DNA from: a virus
Taxonomy: Duplodnaviria; Caudoviricetes
Direction: 5' to 3' (one strand)
DNA length: 64,000 bases
IMG/VR virus record: IMGVR_UViG_3300029288_000082
Coordinates: 32,001-96,000 of that record
Below the pieces are notes generated by a model. The model was given only the letters and a program-made list of their open reading frames with translations, was not told where the DNA came from and searched no databases. How positions within the stretch are numbered: position 1 is the stretch's first letter; the number at the start of each line of letters is the position of its first letter. Both the position numbers and the translations under genes were made by a program. Of the stretch, positions 18,694-27,073 are shown in pieces.

Positions 18694-19124
18694 GCGGTCC
18701 TCCTCGCTGCTGCTGCGGACACCGCCGCGCGCCGCCCCGCCTCTGCCACCAGGACTTCCGGGCGGTACACGATCATCTCCCGATCCCGGCTCACACCACG
18801 CTCGATCATCCCCGCGTAGTGCGCCATGGCCGCGATGACGTGCTTGCAGGCGTATGGCTGCGCGCCAGGGTGCGCACGGTTCCACGCGTGCCCCCGATGG
18901 AAGTAGTCGGCGCAGGAGCAGTACAGGACGCCATCGCTGCCCAGCCGCAGGACGTAGTAGCCGCCCCCGTGAACGCCCGCCCCCCCCAGAGGGCGCCCGC
19001 AGACCTCCTGGCGCTGGCCCCGGCGCGTGCGCCGGTACAGGGCCACCACGTTCGGGTGGCCATCGGAGTCGCACAGGCGCCGCAGGTGTCTACCTGGCGT
19101 GCACGCGTGCAAGTACATGGCCAC
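18690..19124 (-). CDS. SWIM zinc-finger protein
   Basis: CSCADY...CKH; AGGAGG RBS; promoter 19168-19196. Confidence 0.7.
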   Translation of the reverse strand: MAMYLHACTPGRHLRRLCDSDGHPNVVALYRRTRRGQRQEVCGRPLGGAGVHGGGYYVLRLGSDGVLYCSCADYFHRGHAWNRAHPGAQPYACKHVIAAMAHYAGMIERGVSRDREMIVYRPEVLVAEAGRRAAVSAAAARRTA

Positions 19125-19204
19125 CTCCTTCGCCCAGCATCCGCGCCGGGCCTCCGCTCACACCCCTATATTAACCACTGAAACAGGTTTGTCAACAGGA
19201 AAAG

Positions 19205-19687
19205 TTATGCAGCATCCCAGCGCTGCCAGCAGGCGAGGCAGAGGAGGTTGGTCGCGCCCGAAGCCCAGGCACGAACGCGCGCCTCCAAGATATCCGGAGG
19301 TGCCGTGCGCCGCAGATAGGCGCACGTGGATCCTGACAACCGGCGCTCCACCTGCGCCCCGCACCCAGGGCACTTCCACCCGACAACGATCGATCCGTCC
19401 CGTTGGACTTCCGCCTCATACTCGACCGGCCCACGGGTCCCCGTCCAACCGAATGGCCACTGCTCCGGGAGCGGCCGCTTCGCGTGAACACGCATCTTGC
19501 CCAAGCGAGCGCGGCCAGCCTTCTTGGGAATGGCAACGAACGAAGATTTGCGAGCTGCAGCAGCTTCCTCGCGAGCAACCGCTTCGATCTCTCGAATGCG
19601 GGCCAGCGCAGACGCCCGCTCGTGCTCTGGCGTGCCGCTATGCGCCGCCAGGGACTGGAGCCGCTGCAGCAGCTGAGATCGATTCAC
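19205..19687 (-). CDS. Hypothetical protein (DUF2786-like N-terminus, zinc ribbon)
   Basis: LQSLAAHSGTPEHERASA; CPGC...CLAC; GTGA overlap. Confidence 0.45.
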   Translation of the reverse strand: MNRSQLLQRLQSLAAHSGTPEHERASALARIREIEAVAREEAAAARKSSFVAIPKKAGRARLGKMRVHAKRPLPEQWPFGWTGTRGPVEYEAEVQRDGSIVVGWKCPGCGAQVERRLSGSTCAYLRRTAPPDILEARVRAWASGATNLLCLACWQRWDAA

Positions 19688-20424
19688 CTCGATCCTCCTC
19701 GCCGATCTGGCGGGACGACCTGGATCACAAGCGGCTCCGTCTTCTCGCGGAACAAGGCCCCAGCCGCGTACAGCCGCGTCTGCGCCTGCGCCTCCGGCAA
19801 CCCACTGGGGTACCACGTGTAGCGCTCCTTGTGCTCGTGGCCCATCAGCACGATGTCGGCCCGCCCCAGGACCACCTCGAAGAACTCCTTCGCGTCCTTC
19901 AACCGGCAGAACCAGTCGGTGTAGTACGGGTTGTGGTGCAGGGCCACCACGCTCACCGCCCGGTGCTTCTTCATCTCATCCAGCTTCCACCTCAGCCTGG
20001 TGCGCTGCCAGAACCCCACGCGGCCCTGCGCGAAGTCCACGATGCTGCCGGTCCGCAGACAGGTGTCGAGGCCAATGATCTGCCCCACAGGGAAGCCATC
20101 CACGCGGAACATCCAGTTCGTCTCGGCAGCCAGCGCCACCCGCAGCGTGGCGAACCGCCGCACGCAGTCCGCGCTGTAGAAGTTGCCCAGCCGCCCGAAG
20201 TCGTGGTTCCCGGGAACCAGCATCAGGCGCCCCGTGAACGGCGCGAGGAGCACTTCCGCCTTGGCGTACTGATCCTCCTTGCCGTCGTCCGTGATGTCGC
20301 CGGTCGCCACCACCACGTCGCCCGCCGTGAACATATCCAGGATGCCAGCGAGCTTCTCGCGCACCACGGCGTTGTCCTTGTTATTGCCGCGGATGTGCAG
20401 GTCGCTGATGTGGATGATGCGCAT
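19684..20424 (-). CDS. Calcineurin-like metallophosphoesterase
   Basis: HISDLH, TGDITD, PGNHD, LHH, GHEH. Confidence 0.9.
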   Translation of the reverse strand: MRIIHISDLHIRGNNKDNAVVREKLAGILDMFTAGDVVVATGDITDDGKEDQYAKAEVLLAPFTGRLMLVPGNHDFGRLGNFYSADCVRRFATLRVALAAETNWMFRVDGFPVGQIIGLDTCLRTGSIVDFAQGRVGFWQRTRLRWKLDEMKKHRAVSVVALHHNPYYTDWFCRLKDAKEFFEVVLGRADIVLMGHEHKERYTWYPSGLPEAQAQTRLYAAGALFREKTEPLVIQVVPPDRRGGSR

Positions 20425-20425
20425 T

Positions 20426-21004
20426 TCAGTCTTCCTTCCAACGCCAGGTCCAGATGTGGGCCGGCCGCAGGCTCCCGATCGGGGGCGATCGGAAGATGAA
20501 CAGCGCGCTCTCGCGCGGGTTGCTCGTCTGCTTGATACCGGGGGGCGCCACGAACTGCACGCGCGGCGACAGCAGCCGAATCTCGGCGCCGGCCGCCACC
20601 GCCGCCCGCCACCACGCCGTCGAGGGAGCCACGAGGCCCACCAGCACCGCCGTGGACCGTGGTTCCCGACCCACCTCCGCAATGGCCTTCTGCACCCACC
20701 GCTCCATCCCGCTAAAGCCCGGGTTGCACCACACCGTCTGGGAACACAGGGGCGTGCAGCAGTCCTGGTCCGCCCCGTAGCCCTCCCGATGGACCGGGAC
20801 CACCCGCGCCTGGCCCACGCCGAACCACGGCCGCGCCAGGCCATCCAAATCCGCGTCGAGGTAGTACGGAACCACAGCGTTGTCCGCGCTCGCAGCCACA
20901 TCCAGGTCGAACAAGAACTCGGGCTGTAGAGCCCGCAGCAGATCGATCGGCGTGCGCCACTCCTACCGGATACTATGTTCAGACTCTACTTGCGCGTTTT
21001 CCAT
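20426..21004 (-). pseudogene. Phage Dam-type N6-adenine methyltransferase with in-frame TAG at codon 14
   Basis: MENAQVESEHSIR*EWRTP...FDLDVAA...DGL..PW...WCNPGFS; ATG coupled to upstream TGA. Confidence 0.75.
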
Positions 21005-21285
21005 CATCGGTCAGCTCCTCGCACGACCAAGGTGATCTCTAGTCGGTAATCTACCTCCGGATGCAGCGCATAGAAGCTCTCGTTGGAGATCTTTTTTGTG
21101 CTTGCAACTGGATGCCCCATCTCTTCGAGAACCACATCTTGCGCCACAATGAGATCAGAATGCTGAACTAGGCGCTGGTCATAGAGCGCACGCGCAGCAG
21201 CGAGGATCTCGCCTATCAGGCGATCTCGCTCGCGACGCGTTGCATCAGACATCTTCGCGATCTGGTATCCGCCGCGTCTCGGCAT
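21004..21285 (-). CDS. Hypothetical protein
   Basis: Fills the gap; TGATG coupling to the next gene. Confidence 0.5.
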   Translation of the reverse strand: MPRRGGYQIAKMSDATRRERDRLIGEILAAARALYDQRLVQHSDLIVAQDVVLEEMGHPVASTKKISNESFYALHPEVDYRLEITLVVRGADR

Positions 21286-21295
21286 GACATGCCAC

Positions 21296-22039
21296 CTACT
21301 TTCCTCGGGGCGCGGGGCGTCCCGCCTCCAGCAGGTCGTGCTTGAACAGGTGCGCGCGCCCCTCCAGGAGCCGCGTGGCCGCAGCGAGGAACTCCGGCCA
21401 GCTGATGGCCCGGGCCCGCGCGTCGTGGTTCCACTTCCCGACCTTGACAAGGTCGGTCCGGTCCCGCACCGCGTCGATCGCCCGCAGCCCCTCCGCGGCG
21501 TCCAGCACCGGCTCGACGCTGACCCAGGTCCGCACGCCCGCGTCCCGAGCCAGATCGAGGGCACGGAGGCGCTCCGCGATGGGCGGCGCATGCGGCTCCC
21601 AGTGCTGCCGCATCGCCTCGTCCAGGAAGCAGATCGTGGTGCCCAAGCTCCAGCCGCACCGATGGAGCTGCGGAAACAGCGGTACCACAGCCAGCGGGTT
21701 CTTGGTCAGCACCGTGACCTGGAGCAGCTCACGCTCGGCGATCTCTAGCGCGACCCCGAGGGCCTCCGCCTGCTCCGCCGTGCCGAGCGGGTCGGTCGCG
21801 AAGCTAAACAGGATCTCCCGGGGATCGCCGCGGTGCGCCGCAGCCGATGCCTCGAACCGCGCCCGCCAGTTTAGCTTCGGTCGCACCGTGGGCCAGTCCT
21901 CGGGGCGCACGCGAAGAGCGGCAGACGCATAGCAATAGCGACAAGCGTGGGCACAGCAGATGGCGAGGTTGCACGCCAGCGGGGCGTACTCCAGGGCGCG
22001 CCCCCGGGGCGTGTAGATGAGATCGTCGCGCGCGGCCAT
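21296..22039 (-). CDS. Radical SAM protein (SPL-like)
   Basis: CAHACRYCYA CxxxCxxC, TDP, LTK, WVSVEP. Confidence 0.85.
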   Translation of the reverse strand: MAARDDLIYTPRGRALEYAPLACNLAICCAHACRYCYASAALRVRPEDWPTVRPKLNWRARFEASAAAHRGDPREILFSFATDPLGTAEQAEALGVALEIAERELLQVTVLTKNPLAVVPLFPQLHRCGWSLGTTICFLDEAMRQHWEPHAPPIAERLRALDLARDAGVRTWVSVEPVLDAAEGLRAIDAVRDRTDLVKVGKWNHDARARAISWPEFLAAATRLLEGRAHLFKHDLLEAGRPAPRGK

Positions 22040-22071
22040 GCGGTCATGCATACGACAGCGGTGGGCGTTTG

Positions 22072-22359
22072 TCAACGAGGAAGTGGGCCGGCAGCCGCGA
22101 ATGATACCTGCTGCAATATGTTGAACAGTTTTCTGCCACGCTTCCGCCGCACTCGCTCTGCTTCCTGTTCCTCTGGCGTTAGGCTATCCCACCATTCCTG
22201 CGCCTTGCGCTTCACCTCTGCCTGCTCCCGCTCCCGCCGTTCCTCTGTGCGCGACCCGATGCCGTGCGCCCTTCGCCACTTCGCTTCGCCCATGGGTAAC
22301 CTCATCGCTTTTCCAGCATACCTCTCCGTTGGCATGCCGATCAACCGCGCAGGCGCCAC
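22072..22359 (-). CDS. Hypothetical protein
   Basis: ORF in operon position. Confidence 0.4.
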   Translation of the reverse strand: MAPARLIGMPTERYAGKAMRLPMGEAKWRRAHGIGSRTEERREREQAEVKRKAQEWWDSLTPEEQEAERVRRKRGRKLFNILQQVSFAAAGPLPR

Positions 22360-22772
22360 ATCGGGCGCCCCTTTCCTCCACGAGGCCCAGACTCAAACCC
22401 AGCCGACGCCAGTCGCCCCTGACGCGACAGGCGCCCCAGGGCGGCCGCCACCCGCAAGGCCGCATCGGGAGCAACGGCAACCCCTTCGGCCAGGGCCCGA
22501 TCTACCAGCGCTGCGCAGGTCTGCGCCTCACCCTGGAGGGCCCCCGCCACCCATGGCGCCAGCGAGCGCGCAAGTGCCGGGGGCTTCTGACAGCGCAGGC
22601 CGCCAACCTTAACCAGTACCTCCCGGGGCGCGTCCTCCCCTGGCAACTGGGCCTCCACCACCACGCCACGTGGATCCACGCGCAGCACACGCACAGACAG
22701 GTTGGGACGCACGAGGCGAGCTTGGAATGGACCCCCTTGCATCAGCGCACGCACAGTACTCCAACGCACCAT
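22341..22772 (-). CDS. Hypothetical protein
   Basis: ORF in operon position; wHTH-like C-terminus. Confidence 0.45.
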   Translation of the reverse strand: MVRWSTVRALMQGGPFQARLVRPNLSVRVLRVDPRGVVVEAQLPGEDAPREVLVKVGGLRCQKPPALARSLAPWVAGALQGEAQTCAALVDRALAEGVAVAPDAALRVAAALGRLSRQGRLASAGFESGPRGGKGRPMWRLRG

Positions 22773-22775
22773 AGC

Positions 22776-23186
22776 TCACATCCTTTTCCCGCCGTGCCTG
22801 TATGGTCGGCCACGGTTGAACTCGATCTTGTCCCGCAGCGCCCTGGACAGGTCGATCCCGCGCTCCCCGCAGAAGTCGAAGACTCGGATCAGCACATCCG
22901 CCATCTCCTCGGCTACCCCGGGAACCCCAGGTAGGTGATCCGATGGAGCAGCAAGCCCCTCCGGACTCCGCAGGTACTCTAACGCCTCGGACAGCTCCGA
23001 GTGCATCAGTGCGATCAGATCCCCGTCGCTCCTCGGGGCGTCCCACCAGCCGTGCTCACGCGCGATCTGGTGACATTCGGCCACCATGGCCGCGATCCCA
23101 TCACACCACATCCGAGGATCGTCTCCATCTTCCTTTTTGTACACAAACGCATACGGCCCAACCTTTTTGAATGTATCTGTCATCAC
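22776..23186 (-). CDS. MazG-like nucleotide pyrophosphohydrolase
   Basis: IALMHSELSEALE...EEMADVLIRVFD...KIEFNRGRPYRHG. Confidence 0.85.
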   Translation of the reverse strand: MMTDTFKKVGPYAFVYKKEDGDDPRMWCDGIAAMVAECHQIAREHGWWDAPRSDGDLIALMHSELSEALEYLRSPEGLAAPSDHLPGVPGVAEEMADVLIRVFDFCGERGIDLSRALRDKIEFNRGRPYRHGGKRM

Positions 23187-23365
23187 TGGCCTCTATTGCG
23201 GATCTTCACCGTTCGATCCTCGCGCCTCCGAACCTCACACTCGGCCAACTCCAGCAGATCGCGTAGCTGGTCAGCGTCCACCTCCACCTCGCTCCAATCG
23301 TCGTCGGACTCTGCCAGTCGCTTACGGAACGCATCGACCAATGTTCTCTCCTCACTCATCTCATC

Positions 23366-23644
23366 TCATCCATTCTTCGATGTGGAATCTCGCAGCAGAT
23401 CGCCCAGGTTCGTCCCGATCTTCGGTCCGCGATGCCCACGATGCTTCCCATTGTCATGAACTGAAGTACACGACGTCATCATTTCGCCCAACGGAAGAAG
23501 CTGTTTTGCCACCTTCATCCGAACCACCTGCTCCCACGCTTCCTCGACATCGGCATCCGTCGCCAGCCCAGCTTCTCGTTGCGCCAAAACCGCTTCCAGT
23601 CTCGCATTCGCATCGAGAAACTCCTTCTGCTTGGACTTCAACAT
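23366..23644 (-). CDS. Hypothetical protein
   Basis: AGGAG RBS, 92 aa. Confidence 0.45.
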   Translation of the reverse strand: MLKSKQKEFLDANARLEAVLAQREAGLATDADVEEAWEQVVRMKVAKQLLPLGEMMTSCTSVHDNGKHRGHRGPKIGTNLGDLLRDSTSKNG

Positions 23645-23652
23645 GAACGCTC

Positions 23653-24201
23653 CTACGACCTCGCGTGCGTCAGGATCTTGCGGAACTCACGCTGGTCGAA
23701 GATCGCCTGCCGCACCGTCGTCGCGATCTCCGTCTGACGCTCGACCGGGACAAGGACCTGCACCGCGCCACCGGTCCGGTCGCTGGACCGGAAGATGAGC
23801 AACGACCACCCCATCAGCTTCATCCCGATGGGCGAATTGATGCCGAAGTCGTCGATCCGGAACAGCTCGATGTTCTCACCGCCCTTGCTGAGCCAGCCCG
23901 TCTCGATGCCCAGCCGCTGCGTCGTGATCGTGAACCGGTTCGACGCCGACTCGTACCAGCGGCAGATCAGGTAGACCAGCCCGGGGATGACGAACAGCAG
24001 CAGCAGGAAGATCAGCAGGATGATCTGCCCGACGCTGTAGAACACCGGGATTTCCCCCTTGTAGACCAGCTTCTCCTCGGAAACCTCCTGGCGCTTCGCG
24101 TTCGCCACGAGGTCCTCGCCGCAGAACCGGCACTTCTTCGCCACCGCCCGGATGGGCTCCCCACAAATCGGGCACGGGATCAGGTCGTTCGCTTCGGACA
24201 T
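23653..24201 (-). CDS. Zinc-ribbon + TM + bacterial PH-domain membrane protein
   Basis: CPICGE...CRFCG, hydrophobic segment, FTITTQRL..ETGWLS....IELFRI. Confidence 0.75.
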   Translation of the reverse strand: MSEANDLIPCPICGEPIRAVAKKCRFCGEDLVANAKRQEVSEEKLVYKGEIPVFYSVGQIILLIFLLLLFVIPGLVYLICRWYESASNRFTITTQRLGIETGWLSKGGENIELFRIDDFGINSPIGMKLMGWSLLIFRSSDRTGGAVQVLVPVERQTEIATTVRQAIFDQREFRKILTHARS

Positions 24202-24237
24202 GATTGCTCTCCCTTCGGTTGCGCGCCTACTCCTCGA

Positions 24238-24311
24238 TCGGGGCGAGAGGATTCGAACCTCCGACATCCAGCTCCCAAAGCTGGCGCGCTACCAGGCTGC
24301 GCTACGCCCCG
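24238..24311 (-). tRNA. tRNA-Pro (UGG)
   Basis: CGGGGCGTAGCGCAGCCTGGTAGCGCGCCAGCTTTGGGAGCTGGATGTCGGAGGTTCGAATCCTCTCGCCCCGA; full cloverleaf, CCA not encoded. Confidence 0.95.
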
Positions 24312-24314
24312 TCG

Positions 24315-24794
24315 TCACCTCAATCCTTGGCCTCCACCCTCCCTTTCGGCGGCGCAATCGCAGAAGGAGCGCGCGGCCCCGACGACGCGCCAGATCTCCT
24401 CGGGCGGCTCCGCGTCCATGTAGCCGCAGAGCTGGCGGGCACCCCCCCCACACCGGGTGCCGGGGCACCCCTGCGCGACGAGGGCCTTGCAGCGCGCCAG
24501 CTCCCGCGCGTACCGGCTGGCGATCGCCCGGGCATCGTCCAGCTTGGCGCGCAGCGCCGGCCCTGGGTCGGCCCCCGGGGAGGGATCCGCCCCCGCGGCG
24601 GGCCCCGCGTCCGCACACGCCGCGCACCCGCAGGGATCGCGCGCCGGATCCTCGGCGAAGTCCTCCACGAAGATGACCCCCAGGAAGAAGAACCCGACCG
24701 CCGTCGCCAACTCCCCCAGGATCGGCGCCACGCACCGATCGAAGAAGCTTCGCGCCGGGATCTGGTACCATCCGCCGCCTGCCCTCCGCGCCAT
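24315..24794 (-). CDS. Hypothetical protein with TM segment
   Basis: AAGGGAG RBS before MARRAGG. Confidence 0.45.
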   Translation of the reverse strand: MARRAGGGWYQIPARSFFDRCVAPILGELATAVGFFFLGVIFVEDFAEDPARDPCGCAACADAGPAAGADPSPGADPGPALRAKLDDARAIASRYARELARCKALVAQGCPGTRCGGGARQLCGYMDAEPPEEIWRVVGAARSFCDCAAEREGGGQGLR

Positions 24795-25192
24795 GCCGCT
24801 CCCTTTCGCGCTCAAGGGCCCCGGGGCGCCCCCACCTGCGGGGGCCACCCCGGGATCCCACACAACCTGTAAGCAACCACGGGGCGCCGCTCGCTCGGCG
24901 CCCCGTCTCTCCACGTGGGCCGCGGTGCTAATCGTACCCGTCGGTGGCCTGCCCGGCCCTATCCCGCACGCGGAGCCGCCGCGCCATCCCGTGCGCCAGC
25001 GCGGCCCTCCGGTGGCCCCAGCCCAGCGAGCCCGGCCCCCCCGCACGCGGGGGGTGCGCGCCGCCACGTGGCGAGAGCGACGCCCGGATCTCGCCCTGCG
25101 TCCGAACCGCCCACTGCCGCACGGGCCGGCCCCATCCCAGGGCCGCACGCACCGTCCGGAGCAGCGGGGAACGTAGCATCGTCCTGCCCCTC

Positions 25193-25624
25193 CTACGCCT
25201 TGACCGCCCGCGCGCGCACCGCCGCAGCACGCTGTTCCCGCAGCTCCACCGCGAACGCCGGGAACCACCGCGGCGCCCCCGGCTCGTCCCGCCAGCGGCG
25301 GCCCGCGCGTTCCTCCTGGTCGTACTGCTCGCGGAGCGCGTCCAGGCCATCGATGACGATGTCCATCACCTCGTAGAACGCGGGCCCCCCCCCGGCCCTC
25401 TCCAGGATGATCCCCCGCTCGATCGGCGCCGACCGCAGTCGGCTCCGCGCGATCTGCCGGCCCCGCGTCCGCGAGAACCGACCCAGGTCCGGCGGCGAGC
25501 AGAACGCGCAGCCCACCCGGTACAGGGTGATGGGCCGGGGGGCCGGCCGCTGCTCCCGCTCGATGGCGAACGTCATCGCCCCGTACGCCGTCCGGTAGTG
25601 CTTGTAAAAGATCCCGTCCTGCAT
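25193..25624 (-). CDS. Hypothetical protein
   Basis: GGGAGG RBS; promoter TTGACA-17-TATACT at 25669-25697. Confidence 0.55.
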   Translation of the reverse strand: MQDGIFYKHYRTAYGAMTFAIEREQRPAPRPITLYRVGCAFCSPPDLGRFSRTRGRQIARSRLRSAPIERGIILERAGGGPAFYEVMDIVIDGLDALREQYDQEERAGRRWRDEPGAPRWFPAFAVELREQRAAAVRARAVKA

Positions 25625-25659
25625 GGTAGCCCTCCCGCCGCGCATCCTACGCGGCATGC

Positions 25660-26739
25660 TCACCCAGGAGTATAACCGCCGCTGGCGCGTTTGTCAACAG
25701 GTAAAACGCCTGGTTCCAGCGCACACGTGTGCGCCCCCTCCCCAGCGGGCCCCCACCCCACGTCCAGCGGCTCCGCAGGTGGCCGGTACTCGCCCGCGTC
25801 CCGCCCGGCCGCGCGCCCCCGCTTAGCCCCCCCGGGGCCCGGGGCCAGGAACAGCCGCCAGAACCCCCCCACGAGGGCCTCGATGCTGGGCGCCGGGGCC
25901 AGCCGGCCCTGCGTGGTGGCCGCCACCGCCTCCCACCGCCCCACCGCGGCCCCCACCGTCCGCGCCACCAGCGCCTCCCCGTGCGCCCCCACCAGCGCCG
26001 CCACGCGCGCCCGGGTCCGGGGTGCCCACGCCGGCTCCGCCGCCACAGCGGGGCCGTAGCGGGCCTCCAGCGCAGCCACGTACACCGCCCGGATCCGATC
26101 CACCGCCCCCGGATCCCCCTCCCCTCCCTCGCTGCTGCCTTCTTCGATCTCCGTTTCGAGATCGATCGCGCGCGCTACGCGCGGGGGGGGGATCTGTTCC
26201 TGTTCCTGTTCCTGTTCCTGTTCCTGGATCGGGGATGGCGTCCCGATGCCATCCGGTATGCCATCCGGTATGCCATCGAGAAGGCATCGCGCATGGCATC
26301 CGGAAGGCATCCGGAACGCCTTCCTGAAGGCTTTCAGGAAGGCAGGGGAGAGCCCCTCGCACAAGGCTTCCAACAGGTGGAAAAAACTGCCCTTTAGCGG
26401 GCTACTGGGCAGCTCATCGAACGCCCGCGCCCACGATTTCAGCGCGTTCAGACTATTGGGCGTGTTGTACCGCAGGAAGTGCGGCAGCAGCACGACCTGG
26501 GCGTGCTCGTCGTACAGGGCGAACCCCTGCGCTTCGGCCTCCCGGAACGCGGCGATGTAGCGATCGAAGGGCCAGCGCTTCTCCGCCGCCAGCGCCTCCA
26601 GGCTGGCCTTGTACAGGCCGAACGGCGACGAGAGCGGCGTGGTTAGCAGGTGCAGGAAGACCAGCTGGCAATCATCCGAGGCAAAGGGGAACTTGTCGTC
26701 GTTCCAGAGCAGGCAGTGCACCGTGCGGTACCGGCTCAT
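25660..26739 (-). CDS. Phage replication-initiator/replisome-organiser-like protein
   Basis: N-terminus YRTVHCLLWNDDKF...QLVFLHLLT typical of phage initiators; QEQEQE linker; C-domain shared with 5523..6104. Confidence 0.7.
   Translation of the reverse strand: MSRYRTVHCLLWNDDKFPFASDDCQLVFLHLLTTPLSSPFGLYKASLEALAAEKRWPFDRYIAAFREAEAQGFALYDEHAQVVLLPHFLRYNTPNSLNALKSWARAFDELPSSPLKGSFFHLLEALCEGLSPAFLKAFRKAFRMPSGCHARCLLDGIPDGIPDGIGTPSPIQEQEQEQEQEQIPPPRVARAIDLETEIEEGSSEGGEGDPGAVDRIRAVYVAALEARYGPAVAAEPAWAPRTRARVAALVGAHGEALVARTVGAAVGRWEAVAATTQGRLAPAPSIEALVGGFWRLFLAPGPGGAKRGRAAGRDAGEYRPPAEPLDVGWGPAGEGAHTCALEPGVLPVDKRASGGYTPG
25719..25734. promoter_or_regulatory. 16-bp palindrome GCGCACACGTGTGCGC
   Basis: About 20 bp upstream of a -35 box. 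Confidence 0.75.
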
Positions 26740-26948
26740 GCTCCACCCCCCGGCGTGCACACGTGTTCGCTCGGTTGCCCGGGATCCAGGTCCCGCAGGG
26801 TGCCCGCCTGCGCCTCGCGCTCGAACGCCTCATTGACCAGGGCCGACATCAGGTCCTGCATGTTGACGCCGCGCACGGCGGCGAGCAGCTTCAGGCGCAT
26901 CCGGGCTTCCGCGCCCAGGTGCACCGCCTTCCGATCATCGCTCGGCAT
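26736..26948 (-). CDS. Ribbon-helix-helix-like small protein
   Basis: KAVHLGAEARMRLKLLAAVRGVNMQDLMSALV; palindrome variant GTGCACACGTGTTCGC at 26755-26770. Confidence 0.6.
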   Translation of the reverse strand: MPSDDRKAVHLGAEARMRLKLLAAVRGVNMQDLMSALVNEAFEREAQAGTLRDLDPGQPSEHVCTPGGGA

Positions 26949-27073
26949 TCTGTCCCTCCGGATTGTGGAGGCAGACGGTACCATACCCAGATCACGGCAG
27001 GCAAGTACTTTCCGTGGGAAAGTGACGCGGCCTACTCTTCCTGCTCGCTGTTGTGGGATCGGTTGCCGGACAT

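Noticed and set aside
20963-20965. Genome-wide TAG recoding
   Set aside because: Many genes end at TAG exactly where the next gene begins (e.g. 2478, 4874, 51470); only one internal TAG found
24238-24311. tRNA as prophage attachment site or host boundary
   Set aside because: No integrase, no duplicated tRNA 3' end, and phage-type genes and motifs continue on both sides
24795-25190. Structured ncRNA in a GC-rich gap with several hairpins
   Set aside because: Hairpins are expected at this GC level and a possible small ORF (24928..25179) covers most of it; no family recognised
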